A DNA stretch of 64,000 bases, taken from Neodothiora populina (taxonomy: Eukaryota). The notes under the pieces are model-generated. The model made no database searches and had not been told where the DNA came from. It saw only the letters and a list, made by a program, of their open reading frames with translations. The DNA lies in contig NW_027191410.1 of assembly GCF_041146345.1 (NCBI RefSeq), positions 1 to 64,000 on the forward strand. The letters are read 5' to 3'. Numbering within the stretch: position 1 is the first letter of the stretch; every line of letters begins with the position of its first letter. Below, piece after piece: positions 24,392 through 36,131 of the stretch. The position numbers were made by a program, and so were the translations under genes.

Positions 24392-25411
24392 ATGGGTTCC
24401 AGCGCGCGACGCAAGAGAGAAAAGAAGCAGGACTTTCAAAAGGCCAAATTAAAAGTGGGAAAGACGAAAGCAAAGGCAGACAACTTCACAGACACGAGTT
24501 TCAAGGCAAAATCAATTGTCCTCAACCAGCAGTCACTCTCGACTGCTGCCCCTACCGCCGTTGCCCAATTCTCCCACCAACTTTCACTCGTGTCTTCGAA
24601 GACAGACTCTCAACGACAAGATGCTCTCGCCGCTTTGACAAACACGATCTCCAATCTGGCCCCTGGACAGCCTTTGCCGCTGCCTGTTGCCACTATCCTC
24701 CCTAAGATCCAGCCTCTCGTCCTCGATGCCTCCAAGAAAGCACGCGAGCAGTTCCTGAAACTACTACGAGTCTTGCCTGTCCTCCAGGTCAGGTCGCATG
24801 TCGACCACATGCTACTATATGTGCGCGCAGGCATGACACATCTAGCAAGCGAAATTCGCATGACCGCTTTAGACGCACTAGACTGGTTGCTCCAGATCGG
24901 ACCCGAGGAGGTGGTGAGCTGCTCCGGCGGCTGGTTGAAGACGCTCAACAGCTTCATGAGTCTGCTAGGCTGGCAGACGGCGGAAAAGTCAGGCAAGTGG
25001 TCGTCCACAAAGGCGCCCGCTAAGCCTGGCGCCGACAGCAAGCTTCTCGTCAAGCAGTTAGCCGTTCTCGCCAGGTTCCTGAGTGCTGGCTTCAAGGACG
25101 CTCAGGACACGACGAGTGCGTCTCTCGAGGCTGCGAGGCTGTTCCCACTCTGCGGCTGTGACGCAAGCGTTTTATACGCGAGATCGACGCCCTTCCGTAA
25201 CCTCAATCTCTTTGGCGCGGCGAGAGACGCCGAGAGCAGCATGTACGACGATGCCGAAGCGCGGAAAAGAGCTTTCGATGAAGCAGCGTTGAAAGCAGTG
25301 GCTCGCGGAATTTCGAATGCTAAGAAAGAAGGCGGTGAGGTGGGCAGAGCGGCGTCGGGGTTGGAAAAGGTGCTAGTAGATGGAATGGGAGATTACGAGC
25401 GAGAAGAATAG
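24392..25411 (+). CDS. IPI1: Pre-rRNA processing protein Ipi1 (Rix1 complex)
   Basis: KKQDFQKAKLKVGKTK..NFTDTSFKAKSI; YVRAGMTHLASEIR. Confidence 0.95.
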   Translation: MGSSARRKREKKQDFQKAKLKVGKTKAKADNFTDTSFKAKSIVLNQQSLSTAAPTAVAQFSHQLSLVSSKTDSQRQDALAALTNTISNLAPGQPLPLPVATILPKIQPLVLDASKKAREQFLKLLRVLPVLQVRSHVDHMLLYVRAGMTHLASEIRMTALDALDWLLQIGPEEVVSCSGGWLKTLNSFMSLLGWQTAEKSGKWSSTKAPAKPGADSKLLVKQLAVLARFLSAGFKDAQDTTSASLEAARLFPLCGCDASVLYARSTPFRNLNLFGAARDAESSMYDDAEARKRAFDEAALKAVARGISNAKKEGGEVGRAASGLEKVLVDGMGDYEREE

Positions 25412-25907
25412 ATACCCCCCCGATTTTTACTTCAAATTTACGATATTCTTACCTTGCGAGTCTAGGGGACTTGATCAGATCACATATCATGCATCCACTC
25501 TGACCAAACAGAAGCTCAGTGTAATCGGGTACCCCAGTGAAACGCGATCTATCAGAACGATATCTGGCGGAAGAATCAAGGTAAATCCAAGGTCATCATA
25601 CGTAATGTTTTTGTTGCTTATCTGGCGGCAGCCTGACGTGGGGTTCGCTGTAGATCCTGATTCCTTCTGCCTCTTTGCTTTCGTGTTCGTTCTGCGACTG
25701 TGCTCAGACCTCTATAGCAGTGCAGCTAGTGGGTGGCATCGAAGACTTTGTTGTCCGATGATAAACATAAGTGCAAAAAAGAGGGTCCGGAATCACGCAA
25801 AGTAGACGAGCTATCACGCCAGCGACCAGTCGTAAACCAACCAGCAGCATCCGGGACCACAGTTGTAGCTCTAAGCTGCACTTCTACCAAAGAGAAAGCG
25901 TAGAGAC

Positions 25908-27018
25908 ATGGCTTCTGCTGCTCTTCTGTTCCGCAACAGCAGCACCACGTTCGCATCTCGATTCGCTCATCCCAAAGCATCGGTGTTCAGTACAATGGCG
26001 TCCTCGACGACGACAACGCGACAGTTCTCGCTAGACACGTTCCTTGTCCAGCCGATCCAACTGACGAATGCTCTCAAGAAGAACCCTACCTCCAAGCTAT
26101 CGACATCTCCTCGTGTGATTCCCCTGTGCGCATCCTGGTTCCTGCCGAATGACCCTGAGAAGCGAAATGGCTACGAGGTCTTCAAGGCCGGTCATCCTCC
26201 CACTGCTCGGTAACGTCGCCTCTGTCTATTGCTCGACTCGCATAAGCCGGCGCAGTCACTAACAGAGGCAACGCAGCTTTTTCGACATTGACGCCATTGC
26301 CGACACCTCGTCTCCGTACCCTCACATGCTGCCAAATGCTTCCGTCTTCGCAGAAGGTATGCGAAAGCTAGGTATCCGTCGTGATGATAGCATCGTCGTC
26401 TACGACACGCACGAGTTGGGCATCTTCAGTGCTCCACGAGTCGCCTGGACTCTGCAAGTCTTCGGCCACCCGGCAGTCCATCTCCTCAACAACTACAAGC
26501 TCTACGTACAAGAAGGCCACCCGGTCGAGCAGGGAGAGCAGGCACAGTACGAGGAGAGCAAGTATCCCGAACCCGAGATCGACGCTACCAAGGTCGCTTC
26601 ATTTGAGGAAGTCAAAGAGATTGCAAAGGACCACAACAAAGAAGGAGCAGAGGGCGTTCAGATCTTGGACGCAAGAAGTCTGGGACGATGGAAAGGCACA
26701 GACCCGGAGCCTCGGCCTGGTCTTTCTTCCGGTCACATTCCGGGCAGCTTCAGTGTTCCTGTACCTGAGCTACTGGACCCCGAGACCAAGGTCCTTCTTC
26801 CCAAGGAGAAGCTGCAGGACATCTTCAAGGAAAAGGGTATTGATCCGGCCAAGCCCATCATCAGCTCTTGTGGTACAGGTGTCACTGCAACGATTATCGA
26901 TGCCGCGTTGACCGAGGCTGGTTTTCCCGACACTAACAGGAGAGTATACGACGGTAGCTGGACGGAGTGGGCTCAGAGGGTCTATCCTACTGACAACTTG
27001 ATCCACAAGGAGATTTGA
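25908..27018 (+). CDS. TUM1: Thiosulfate/3-mercaptopyruvate sulfurtransferase (double rhodanese; 1 intron)
   Basis: GHPPTAR|FFDID..YPHMLP, IFSAPRVAW, LDARSLGRW.G..PEPR.GLSSGHIPG, SCGTGVTA and YDGSWTEW motifs. Confidence 0.93.
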
Positions 27019-27504
27019 GGTGGATAGTGCATAGATGATAGATTTGCTATTTGCCCAGATTGTCCTCAAACTTCAACGGCATGAATGACAGAAAATCGAA
27101 ACTTGCGGTTAGCCAGCGGTTTGGAAGATACCTTATCCTTCTGTTTACGTAGCGATGATTGTCTTTTACCGGTATGATTCTGGTTCTGCCTGGTCACGAG
27201 GTGCTGTCCGCAAATGAGATAGTTCCTGCAACCAAGATTACTAGTAACGATGATGAAACGCCTTCCCCTCCAATCGCCGCGGTGGAGTGTTCGGTGCATT
27301 TAGTCCTGCGACTGCAGAAAAGTGTGATTGACACAAATGATACTACAAAAATGGCCACTTTTCGCGTGGCGCGAGTCGAGTGCCAGAGGGCCTTAGTCGT
27401 ATTGCTGTTGTATGGTAAGGCCGCTCACCGAGAAGATGACCTCAAGGACCGCAATGCCGCTGAAGGTCCGTGTATAACAGTGAGCAGCGAAGAAGGCCTC
27501 AAGA

Positions 27505-28038
27505 TCACCACACTCGACACAGAACCATTCCACCGATCTTTCTCTCTACACACTCTCTTGCCTCCATGATTCCCTGGTCGGTGCTGACAAACAGACACTC
27601 GCCGACACCTCGCATGCCCCGAACGAATTGTGCGTCCCGCCCCCTAACGATGTTGCCCAGCTCTAGCGAGTTCAGCCAGATGCGCTTAGTGGGTTTCGAC
27701 TCCATCTTCATTTTCCTCAGCACGGGCTCGCCGTCCCAGTACTTCATGCCCAGCCATAATCTCCGGGTCGCTCTGTTCTCTTGTGTGACTTTCTCGACTT
27801 CCTCGAGCACGCTCGGGCTCTTCAATGCTGCAGTCGTGAAAGCAGACTCGGAGGGCGGTAGTAGTTTTGCGGGTGGTGAAGGCCCGCCGAGGTTGACAGT
27901 CGCTAGGAATCCTTGTTTTTGTAGATGTATCGCCAGGCCGAGATGTAGTTTCGAGAGGGGAATCGAGGTGAGTCCTAGTCGTGCTAGTGATGCATTTTGC
28001 AGATGCGAGCAGACGTGTGAAAGGTTGACGAGAGACAT
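27505..28038 (-). CDS. MRPS8: Mitochondrial ribosomal protein uS8m
   Basis: MSLVNLSHVCSHLQNAS; RRLWLGMKY; SKPTKRIW; TDQGIMEARECVERKIGGMVLCRVW. Confidence 0.95.
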   Translation of the reverse strand: MSLVNLSHVCSHLQNASLARLGLTSIPLSKLHLGLAIHLQKQGFLATVNLGGPSPPAKLLPPSESAFTTAALKSPSVLEEVEKVTQENRATRRLWLGMKYWDGEPVLRKMKMESKPTKRIWLNSLELGNIVRGRDAQFVRGMRGVGECLFVSTDQGIMEARECVERKIGGMVLCRVW

Positions 28039-28519
28039 CTTTGCGGCGGAGTGATTCGGCCTAGAAGGGCGCTGCGGTGGATATGGATCGTGGGCAGAGC
28101 GAGTAACAGCGGCTCTATAAAGGGGGTTATGAGATGCGGCGAGAGCGAGGCTGCGAGGAAGAACAGTATGCAATTGATGGGTGTAGGCTAGGTATACAAC
28201 AATTGTTGCTGGCCCTAGAAGTCGATGCTCTTCCCAGAAACTTTGGCTTCCGAACTCCGATGTTTGCCCTGTAGGAAGTCATTGCGATGATTATTCTCCA
28301 TCACGTGATCAGCAGCATCAAGGTAGTGTGTAGGTAAATTGGCACATCGGAACATTGGACAAAGGCAAACAAAGGCAGAAAGTACAGTGTTGTTCTCATC
28401 ACAGATCCGACCAATACAACAGTAGCGATAGTGACAGCAATAGTGTTGTGCGATCATAAGCAATCCATACATCTGTCGCACCCGGTGTATCCGGAGAGAG
28501 CATAGAAAGGGCGGAAGTA

Positions 28520-29629
28520 ATGTCGTTTAGACAGACAGTGTCGAGTCTGTTCGGCAAGGCAGAGAAGGTATGGGATGAAAGGACCGGCGGCAGTGGGGCG
28601 AACAACCATCAGCAGCAGCAACAGCAGCAGCAGCAATGGCAAGGCCAGCATCAACAACAATATCAACAGCCATATCAATATCAAAATCAATATGCCCAAC
28701 CACCTCCGATACCCAGCTACAACAAACCTCCTCCTCCTCCACCAGTCCCCACCTCGAGCAAGCCCTCTTTCTCCTCTACTCTTCCTCCTCCACCCGCTTA
28801 TCAATATCCATCCCAACAGCATCATCACAACCACGAGCAACCACAAATCTACTGGCAGCCGAATCTGCACCCTCAGGCGCCCGTGTCCTCCAACTTCTAC
28901 CATGAGACCGGCCAGCACGGATGGGGCAACAACGAATCGCAGAACTACGTCGACTCGCCGGCCAACTCCTTCCACACACCTCAAGGCGACGCTCTCGTGG
29001 TGCGCGCCCTGATCAACCACGCGCACCCCGATCCAGCCCAGAAATTTACTTCGGCGCGTCTGTCCAGCCATCAGACCCTGTCGCGCAGCCGTGGGTGTCT
29101 CAGCGCAGTCATCACCGCGCCGGTAGCGACCGGCATCTGGCCTGCGTTTTGGTTACTGCCTAAGGACCCCTTCAAGTGGCCGGAGGACGGCGAAATCGAT
29201 ATCATGGAGGAATGGGACGGGGATGCGGTCAATCACACTTGTCTGCATTGGGGACATTTTAACGGGCAGGATTGGAACAAACACCGTGTGCTCGAGACAC
29301 CTGTTCCGAACATCGTCGCGCACCGGGGTGGTGTGAGATATGACTTCGTCTGGGACGAGGATGAGAGCAGTGGAAAGGGGAAGCTGTTGTGGTTGATTGA
29401 CGGACGACCGATTATGAGAGCCGAGAAACCAAAGGACACAAGACGCATGAGCGAATTTAGGATTCTGATCAATATCGCTGTTGGCGGCAATGTTTGCCAG
29501 GGTCATATGCCAACTGACGGGTGCTATGAGACTGTGGTAAGAGAATTGGCCATGTGGGACGCGCCTCCTGCGGGCTGGAGTGGGTTCGAGAAGATGTGGA
29601 AGCATGGTAAAGAAGGCAAGACCATGTGA
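28520..29629 (+). CDS. Glycoside hydrolase family 16 (laminarinase-like) with Q/P-rich N-terminus, no signal peptide
   Basis: HGWGNNESQNY, FTSARL and GIWPAFWLLP..WPEDGEIDIME (catalytic EIDIME). Confidence 0.92.
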   Translation: MSFRQTVSSLFGKAEKVWDERTGGSGANNHQQQQQQQQQWQGQHQQQYQQPYQYQNQYAQPPPIPSYNKPPPPPPVPTSSKPSFSSTLPPPPAYQYPSQQHHHNHEQPQIYWQPNLHPQAPVSSNFYHETGQHGWGNNESQNYVDSPANSFHTPQGDALVVRALINHAHPDPAQKFTSARLSSHQTLSRSRGCLSAVITAPVATGIWPAFWLLPKDPFKWPEDGEIDIMEEWDGDAVNHTCLHWGHFNGQDWNKHRVLETPVPNIVAHRGGVRYDFVWDEDESSGKGKLLWLIDGRPIMRAEKPKDTRRMSEFRILINIAVGGNVCQGHMPTDGCYETVVRELAMWDAPPAGWSGFEKMWKHGKEGKTM

Positions 29630-30006
29630 GCATCATGGTCGATGGTCCACTGCTTGGATGCGTTCCTTGCTCGGGCCGGATGTAAGGTAACACCTCCGCG
29701 CCAGTGTCGAGTATTTCCTTGCTGTGCTGCTTGGTGATTTGGGATGTATAATAGGTAGGTTCGTTTGCTATGCCATGTTCAATCAACGACGTGGCAGCTA
29801 TGATATCTGATCTGCTCGAGCTGCGATTAAACTACCTATGAATATCGATGCTCAGTTGCTGGTAGAGTATGATTTCCCACGCTACAGAGTGCTACGTGTA
29901 GTCGAGTCAAGACATGACGGACGAAGCTTCTTTTAGTCAATGTAGTCATTGCATGATCAGAAATGAGGCTCATGTGTGAATAACCCTCCACTTCTTCTTT
30001 TCGAAG

Positions 30007-30794
30007 TTATGTCTTATGAACTGCGATCTCGATTGTGCTGGCGTATCTGATTCTCGTCTCCGGGATGGGCTCCTGTTGCGGTTCCTCTTCTCTAGCGTCC
30101 TTCATAAGTTGATCGGTCTCCGCTCCATCGTTTTCTCGAGCCTGCTCCTCTTCTGCTACTTCAACATCATCAATAGCAGCCACAGACCCCGTCCTAATCA
30201 ATATCCCAAACCCGTCTCTCCTCTGAAACCACAGCCCGACACTTAGCGCCTTCTGGATCGCCTTTCCAGTAGCTTTGACGACGACCTCCTCCTTGCGCCA
30301 CTGCTCCTCTTCCGCCCTAGCAACCCCCCCACTAGTATCTATCTTTACCTTCTTCATCTCCGCTAATCGCTTAGCGACCTCTCCAATCTCCCCCGCCTCC
30401 TCGCCATCTGTCCCCGCTGAGGGAAACTGTCCTCTTTTGCGCTTGAGCCTGTTATCGTTGCGCACAAGCGCGGCGGCAGACTGCGTTTCGCGCTTTTCGA
30501 CCTGATCTAACAGACGCTCGACGCGCTTGATCGCTGACATGAAGGGTGTGCGACTTGAGATGTAGACTACTTTCTGTGCGGAGTCCGGGCCGGCGTATTT
30601 AGAGGGGATGGCGGGGTGTAGGAGGGGGCGTTTAGTTACTTTCGCGTCTAGGTGTTACGGGGCTTGTTAGTCTTTTGTTCGTATCTTAGTCGTGAGAGGT
30701 AGGGAATAGGTGGTAGTAACAGGTTACTTTTTGGTAGATTGGGGAGTTTTGTATGTGGCTGTTGGAGTGGCTGCGGCGCGGTGGTCGAGGCCAT
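30007..30794 (-). CDS. POP7: RNase P/MRP subunit Pop7/Rpp20 (1 intron)
   Basis: VTKRPLLHP..KVVYISSRTPFMSAIKRVERLL; EEVVVKATGKAIQKAL; RTGSVAAIDD; ETRIR. Confidence 0.88.
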
Positions 30795-31249
30795 TGTTAA
30801 AGAGTCGCGTAAGTGGTCCAGGGGTATTAAATGGTCGTGTAGTAGTTCAGCCGTATGTGCTTAGTTGGTCGGTTGGAATAGTCTTAGAATCCTGCAAGTG
30901 ATTTGACAATATCCATGTCGATTTGGGGAAGACGTAAATAATTGTTGTATAGCAAAAGCTCGGATGAAACAATAAAGATCAAGCGCAAGCCACAACCGCC
31001 GCCAGCGGGGAAGAAAATCGTCGAGAATCCCCGAGTCTCGACCTCTTATACCACTCTTACTCCAATAATCTATACAGCCTACTAGCACTACGACAAAAAA
31101 CAACGATCATCACTGCGGTTAGGATGATATGCTAGAGCCTCATCGCCGATAAATAGGAACATCACATAAAACTCCACGACATAGTCTACAAAGCTGCATT
31201 ATTTGCCACCTATAAACCTCGCCCGGCTTTAACGGATCGTTCTTACCAC

Positions 31250-31975
31250 ATGCATCTCCGACATCTCAGACTTCCGGGGTTGACTCCCTATACCAAAGCC
31301 TCAGCTACACAGGACAAACTCGTCCAGGCCTTCCTTGTCGCAAAAGCCTCCGCATCTGCCACATCACTAACAACAAAACTATCGCCCCCGCTACCCACGA
31401 TCATTACAGCAGAGTTCAACCCCGTCTACACATGCGGCCGTCGCGAGATCGGCACAGTATCGTCGTCGAGTCAAGCCTTCCTGCGTGACAATGGCCGTGC
31501 TGAATTCCACGAGGCCCTTCGAGGCGGTCAAACTACTTTCCATGGACCCGGCCAATTGACAGCTTACCCCATCCTTGATCTGAAGTCTCACGGCCTGAAC
31601 CCGCGGAACTATGTATGTCTGTTGGAAAAGACTGTCATCGCCACTCTGGCCCGATACGGCGTCAAGGCATTCACTACCGAGCACCCGGGTGTCTGGACGA
31701 CGGACGACGATAAGATCTGCGCTTTAGGCGTGCATTTGCGACGGAACATCACCAGCCATGGCATTGGACTCAACGTGGCCACGGACTTGACTTGGTTTAG
31801 TCGTATTGTCGCTTGTGGGCTTGAAGGCAAGCGAACGACGAGTCTGGAGAATGAAGGTGTCAAATTGGGCGACGATGCGGTGGAGCAGGTAGGGAATGTG
31901 TTTGTCGAAGAATTCGCTAAGGCGCTGCAGGGTGTGGATAGTGTTGTTGAGATTACAGAAGATGAGCTCGACTGA
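31250..31975 (+). CDS. LIP2: Octanoyltransferase LipB/Lip2
   Basis: EFNPVYTCGRR, RGGQTTFHGPGQL.AYPILDL, KICALGV..ITSHGIGLNV and IVACGL motifs. Confidence 0.95.
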   Translation: MHLRHLRLPGLTPYTKASATQDKLVQAFLVAKASASATSLTTKLSPPLPTIITAEFNPVYTCGRREIGTVSSSSQAFLRDNGRAEFHEALRGGQTTFHGPGQLTAYPILDLKSHGLNPRNYVCLLEKTVIATLARYGVKAFTTEHPGVWTTDDDKICALGVHLRRNITSHGIGLNVATDLTWFSRIVACGLEGKRTTSLENEGVKLGDDAVEQVGNVFVEEFAKALQGVDSVVEITEDELD

Positions 31976-32669
31976 TTTTGACGTTCCTTACATCTGCCTC
32001 GGGGCCTCAGCGTTCTGGTGAGATGACTTGCCGTCACTTGTTCAAAGTGACCACCTCTAGCCATGGATCTCTCGAACATTATCCGAAGGATCGGATTACC
32101 AGCGAAACATGCCGAGTGTCATACTCTATCAGAACCATGTCCAATCTACACAGGAGTTCGTTCTTAGTGATTGACCCGGAGCCGAAGCCTAGCCGTGTTT
32201 GAGGGTAATCACTAATAATGAATTCCTATGTGGACGGAAAGAACGTCCAATTTTTCAGTAGCAGGTGCCTGGTAAGGAAAAGATCTGGGGTCACATTATT
32301 GCAGTAATCTCTGGAGTACAGCTCGTACACCAGCTCGTCCGATAGATCTCATAGCAGCATCTCCGACCTCGGAGGATATGTAGCACAATGATACATAAAA
32401 CGATGATACAAAGTGTGGGGGAAGGATTATCTGCCTCCTCCGCTATTGGTTGCTTTTGCCCGCGACTCACGCTCTACTTTTTTTATTTTGTATCACATAC
32501 CCAGAGATCCGCCAAAGGCCATTCTCGAAGACACACAACGGGCGAGGTACATCCACTGTAGATAGACTGAAGATCCGGAGCCTCCAAATTGGTGTTCTTG
32601 AATTTCTGTCATCTCTTCATATTACAGTTCGCTTTCTTGGACACGTAAAGTCTGGCAAGCGTCGCGCCA

Positions 32670-35249
32670 ATGGCGATTCTCAGACTCACAGCTGCCTCGG
32701 GTGCAAGGCTACGATTGGTATGGAAAACAATATGTTATAATCAACAAAAGCAGGGGTCATGAGTGCTGAACAAGACTTCCTCTCAGGCTTCGACCAGGCT
32801 TGCATCACGTCGCTCCATCCTCCCAGCATCAATCGTTCCTGCCTCTTCTGCATCATATTCCCACAGACCGAGATTCTACTCGTCGACTCCTTCCCTTCGT
32901 CAGGCATCCAGCCACCAGGATGCATTCCATTCATTACTCGAAGACCCCAAGACCATCGACTTCCTCTCCCGCCCGGCCAAACCCTCGCCGGTCCCACAGA
33001 CTCTCACCGAGAAGATTGTCCAGCGATACAGCACTGGTCTCGCCGAAGGAAAGTTCGTCAAGTCCGGCGACTATGTTACTCTCTCTCCTCACCGCTGCAT
33101 GACCCACGACAACTCATGGCCCGTCGCCACCAAATTCATGTCCATCGGCGCAACCAAGATCCACGACAACAAGCAGATCGTCATGACCCTCGACCACGAC
33201 GTCCAGAACAAGACAGAGAAGAACTTGGAGAAGTACAGGAAGATTGAAGCGTTCGCGAAGTCACAGGGCGTCGACTTTTACCCTGCAGGCAGAGGTATCG
33301 GTCATCAGATCATGGTCGAGGAGGGCTACGCCTGGCCTGGCACTCTCGCAGTCGCCTCCGACAGCCACACGAACATGTACGGTGGTATCGGATGTTTAGG
33401 AACTCCTGTTGTGCGAACAGACGCCGCTTCCATCTGGGCCACCGGACGCACTTGGTGGCAGATTCCACCTATCGCCAAGATTACTTTCACCGGTATGCTT
33501 CCTAAAGGCGTCACTGGAAAGGATGTCATTGTCGCTCTGTCTGGTCTTTTCAACAACGACGAGGTCTTGAACCACGCTATCGAATTCACTGGTTCCGAAG
33601 ACACCATGTACTCTCTGCCAGTCGACGATCGTCTTGCTATTGCTAACATGACCACCGAATGGGGCGCCCTTTCCGGTCTCTTCCCTATCGATTCTGTCCT
33701 GCAAGGCTGGTTGCGCGCAAAGGCTACCGAAGCTGCCATCTTCGAGGCTTCTTCCCTGACATCCACCGAGACTAAGACTCGCTTCAATCACGAGCGTCTC
33801 GACGAGCTTTTCGAGAACCCTCTCAGCGCCGATGTCGGAGCCAAATACGCAAAGGAGCTCTACCTCGATCTGGACACCCTCTGCCCATATGTTTCCGGTC
33901 CTAACTCCGTCAAGGTCGCTACTCCCCTCGCCGAGCTTCAGGAGCAAGACATCAAGGTCAACAAGGCTTATCTCGTTTCCTGCACCAACTCTCGCAGATC
34001 CGACATTGCTGCCGCCGCTAAGGTCTTTAAGGATGCAGCCGAGGCTAACGGAGGTGTTGTGCCTCGCATCCCCGAGCACGTCAACTTCTACATCGCTGCA
34101 GCCTCTCTTCCTGAGCAACGCGCCGCCGAAGAGCAAGGTGACTGGGCCACTCTCCTCGCTGCTGGCGCTCAGCCTCTTCCTTCTGGTTGCGGTCCCTGCA
34201 TCGGTCTAGGCACGGGTCTCCTCGAGCCTGGTGAGGTTGGTATCTCTGCATCCAACCGTAACTTCAAGGGCCGCATGGGTTCGACCGACGCCAAAGCATA
34301 CCTCGCATCTCCCGAAGTTGTCGCCGCATCTGCTCTGAATGGCAAGATTTCGGGCACTGGCTGGTATGAGAAGCCAGAGGGTTGGTCTGGAGTCGTGCGC
34401 GGCGAGGGCGATGGTGTTAAGCCCGAGGAGCGCATGATCTCCATCGAAGATGCATTGGACATGCTCGTTAGACAAGCCGAAGAGGTCGTCGCTCAAGGCG
34501 AGGAAGCTCTAGGTGCCAAGTCTGAAGAGTCAAGCGCTGCTGCCACTGGCGAGGAGAAGCTCACCGAAATCCTGCCTGGTTTCCCCGAGAAGGTCACTGG
34601 TGAGATCGTATGGTGCAACGGCGACAACATCAACACCGACGGCATATACCCCGGCAAATACACGTACGACGACGCATTTTCCTCTTCCCCCGAGCGTATG
34701 GCGACGGTTGTCATGGAGAACTATGATACCAAGTTCGCCTCCATCGCTAAGGAAGGCGATATTCTTGTTGCAGGCTTCAACTTTGGCTGTGGATCATCCC
34801 GCGAGCAAGCAGCGACCGCCATCCTAGCTAAGAAGATTCCATTGGTTGTAGCCGGCAGCTTCGGCAACATCTTCGGCCGCAACTCGATCAACAACGCGCT
34901 TATGGGCGTCGAAGTCCCTAAGCTCATCGAGCGCCTGAGAGAGACCTTTGATACTGTCCCGGAACCCTCGTCCTCGGCACCCATCACCGAGCCCGCACAG
35001 AACAAGCAATCCCTCGACTCACCACCTCCCGCACCCACCGCTAAGCCCGCAGAGAAGATGCTCACAAGACGCACGGGATGGACATTTACTTGGGACGTGC
35101 GACGCAGCACCGTCATCATCAAAGAAGGCGAGGGCGGCAAGGAGTGGAGCCAGAAGGTCGGGGAGCTACCGCCGAACGTGCAAGAGGTTATCGCTGTCGG
35201 TGGACTGGAGAAGTGGGTCGGCAAGGAGATTGCTTCCAGCGCTAATTGA
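32670..35249 (+). CDS. LYS4: Homoaconitase, mitochondrial (short first exon probable)
   Basis: [77 protein letters not shown] and [11 protein letters not shown] motifs. Confidence 0.97.
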
Positions 35250-35885
35250 AGACGGACAGACAGTCTTCTCATGTTGCGCTTTTGTGTTGTCTTTGGTTCT
35301 TGTATTCTAGACTTGTAATATTGGACGGACAGACATGTGAAAGAGACCCAAAGGGGAAAATGGGCGGGCTTAAAAGGGTGTACATTGGGCGTTAAGATCA
35401 AGGACGACTTTGAATGTCATATCAGGGCAGCTTGCCTTTCTTTCTCGTTACAAAGCGAGCAAAAATCAACGTACAACTCGTGATGCATTTTGTCTTATTG
35501 CACCCTTTCCACACCATTGTGACTTGTACCCATAGCGCATTAGTCTGGCATTTGGAAAACCCTTCTGACTCAATAGTGTCTGGCACACTTCCAGATTCAT
35601 CAACAGTGCCATCGACGAGGGTGCTAAGCCCAGGGTCTGGATCTTCTGGATCTTCTACGACTCTGACCCAGGCCTACCTTAACGGGAGTGAGATCCTCAT
35701 TGCGATATATTGACGTGTCATCGTGTAACTTACAATCCGAAGAAATGAACATGGCACTTTGTTATGGAGCCACTCCAGCTCATACACGATGCTCAGCGTC
35801 ACCCACCCCTCAGAAGCCTAAAAGATCTTGGGGCATACAGACTTAGCCGAGAGATTGATCGACGACGGCTACAATTGTAGCTCTA

Positions 35886-35962
35886 TCGGGGCCGGCCGAT
35901 TGCTCGCCGAGACCGATATGCCCCTCCATGATAAATGGTTACTCGATAGCAACACCTGATAG
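35886..35962 (+). promoter_or_regulatory. UaY/PCO1-type TCGG-N6-CCGA site plus three HGATAR (AreA/NIT2-type) sites upstream of allantoicase
   Basis: TCGG-GGCCGG-CCGA at 35886-35899; TGATAA 35929, CGATAG 35944, TGATAG 35957; 170-245 bp before the ATG at 36132. Confidence 0.75.
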
Positions 35963-36131
35963 CGTAAATGTCAAGGCATTATGGCCACGAAACATCTGTT
36001 GATATAGTTTTCGTTCCTCCGCTTTCTTTGTGGTTTCCTTTTCTCAACACTTTTCTCTGCTCTGTTTCTCTCTCACACTCTCACTCTGTCCTTTCATTTC
36101 AGACCCTTTCGACTCACCTAACAATTACAAC

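Noticed and set aside
32362..32374. TCCGACCTCGGA upstream of LYS4 as a Lys14-type site
   Set aside because: Spacing does not match TCCRNYGGA; single short inverted motif.
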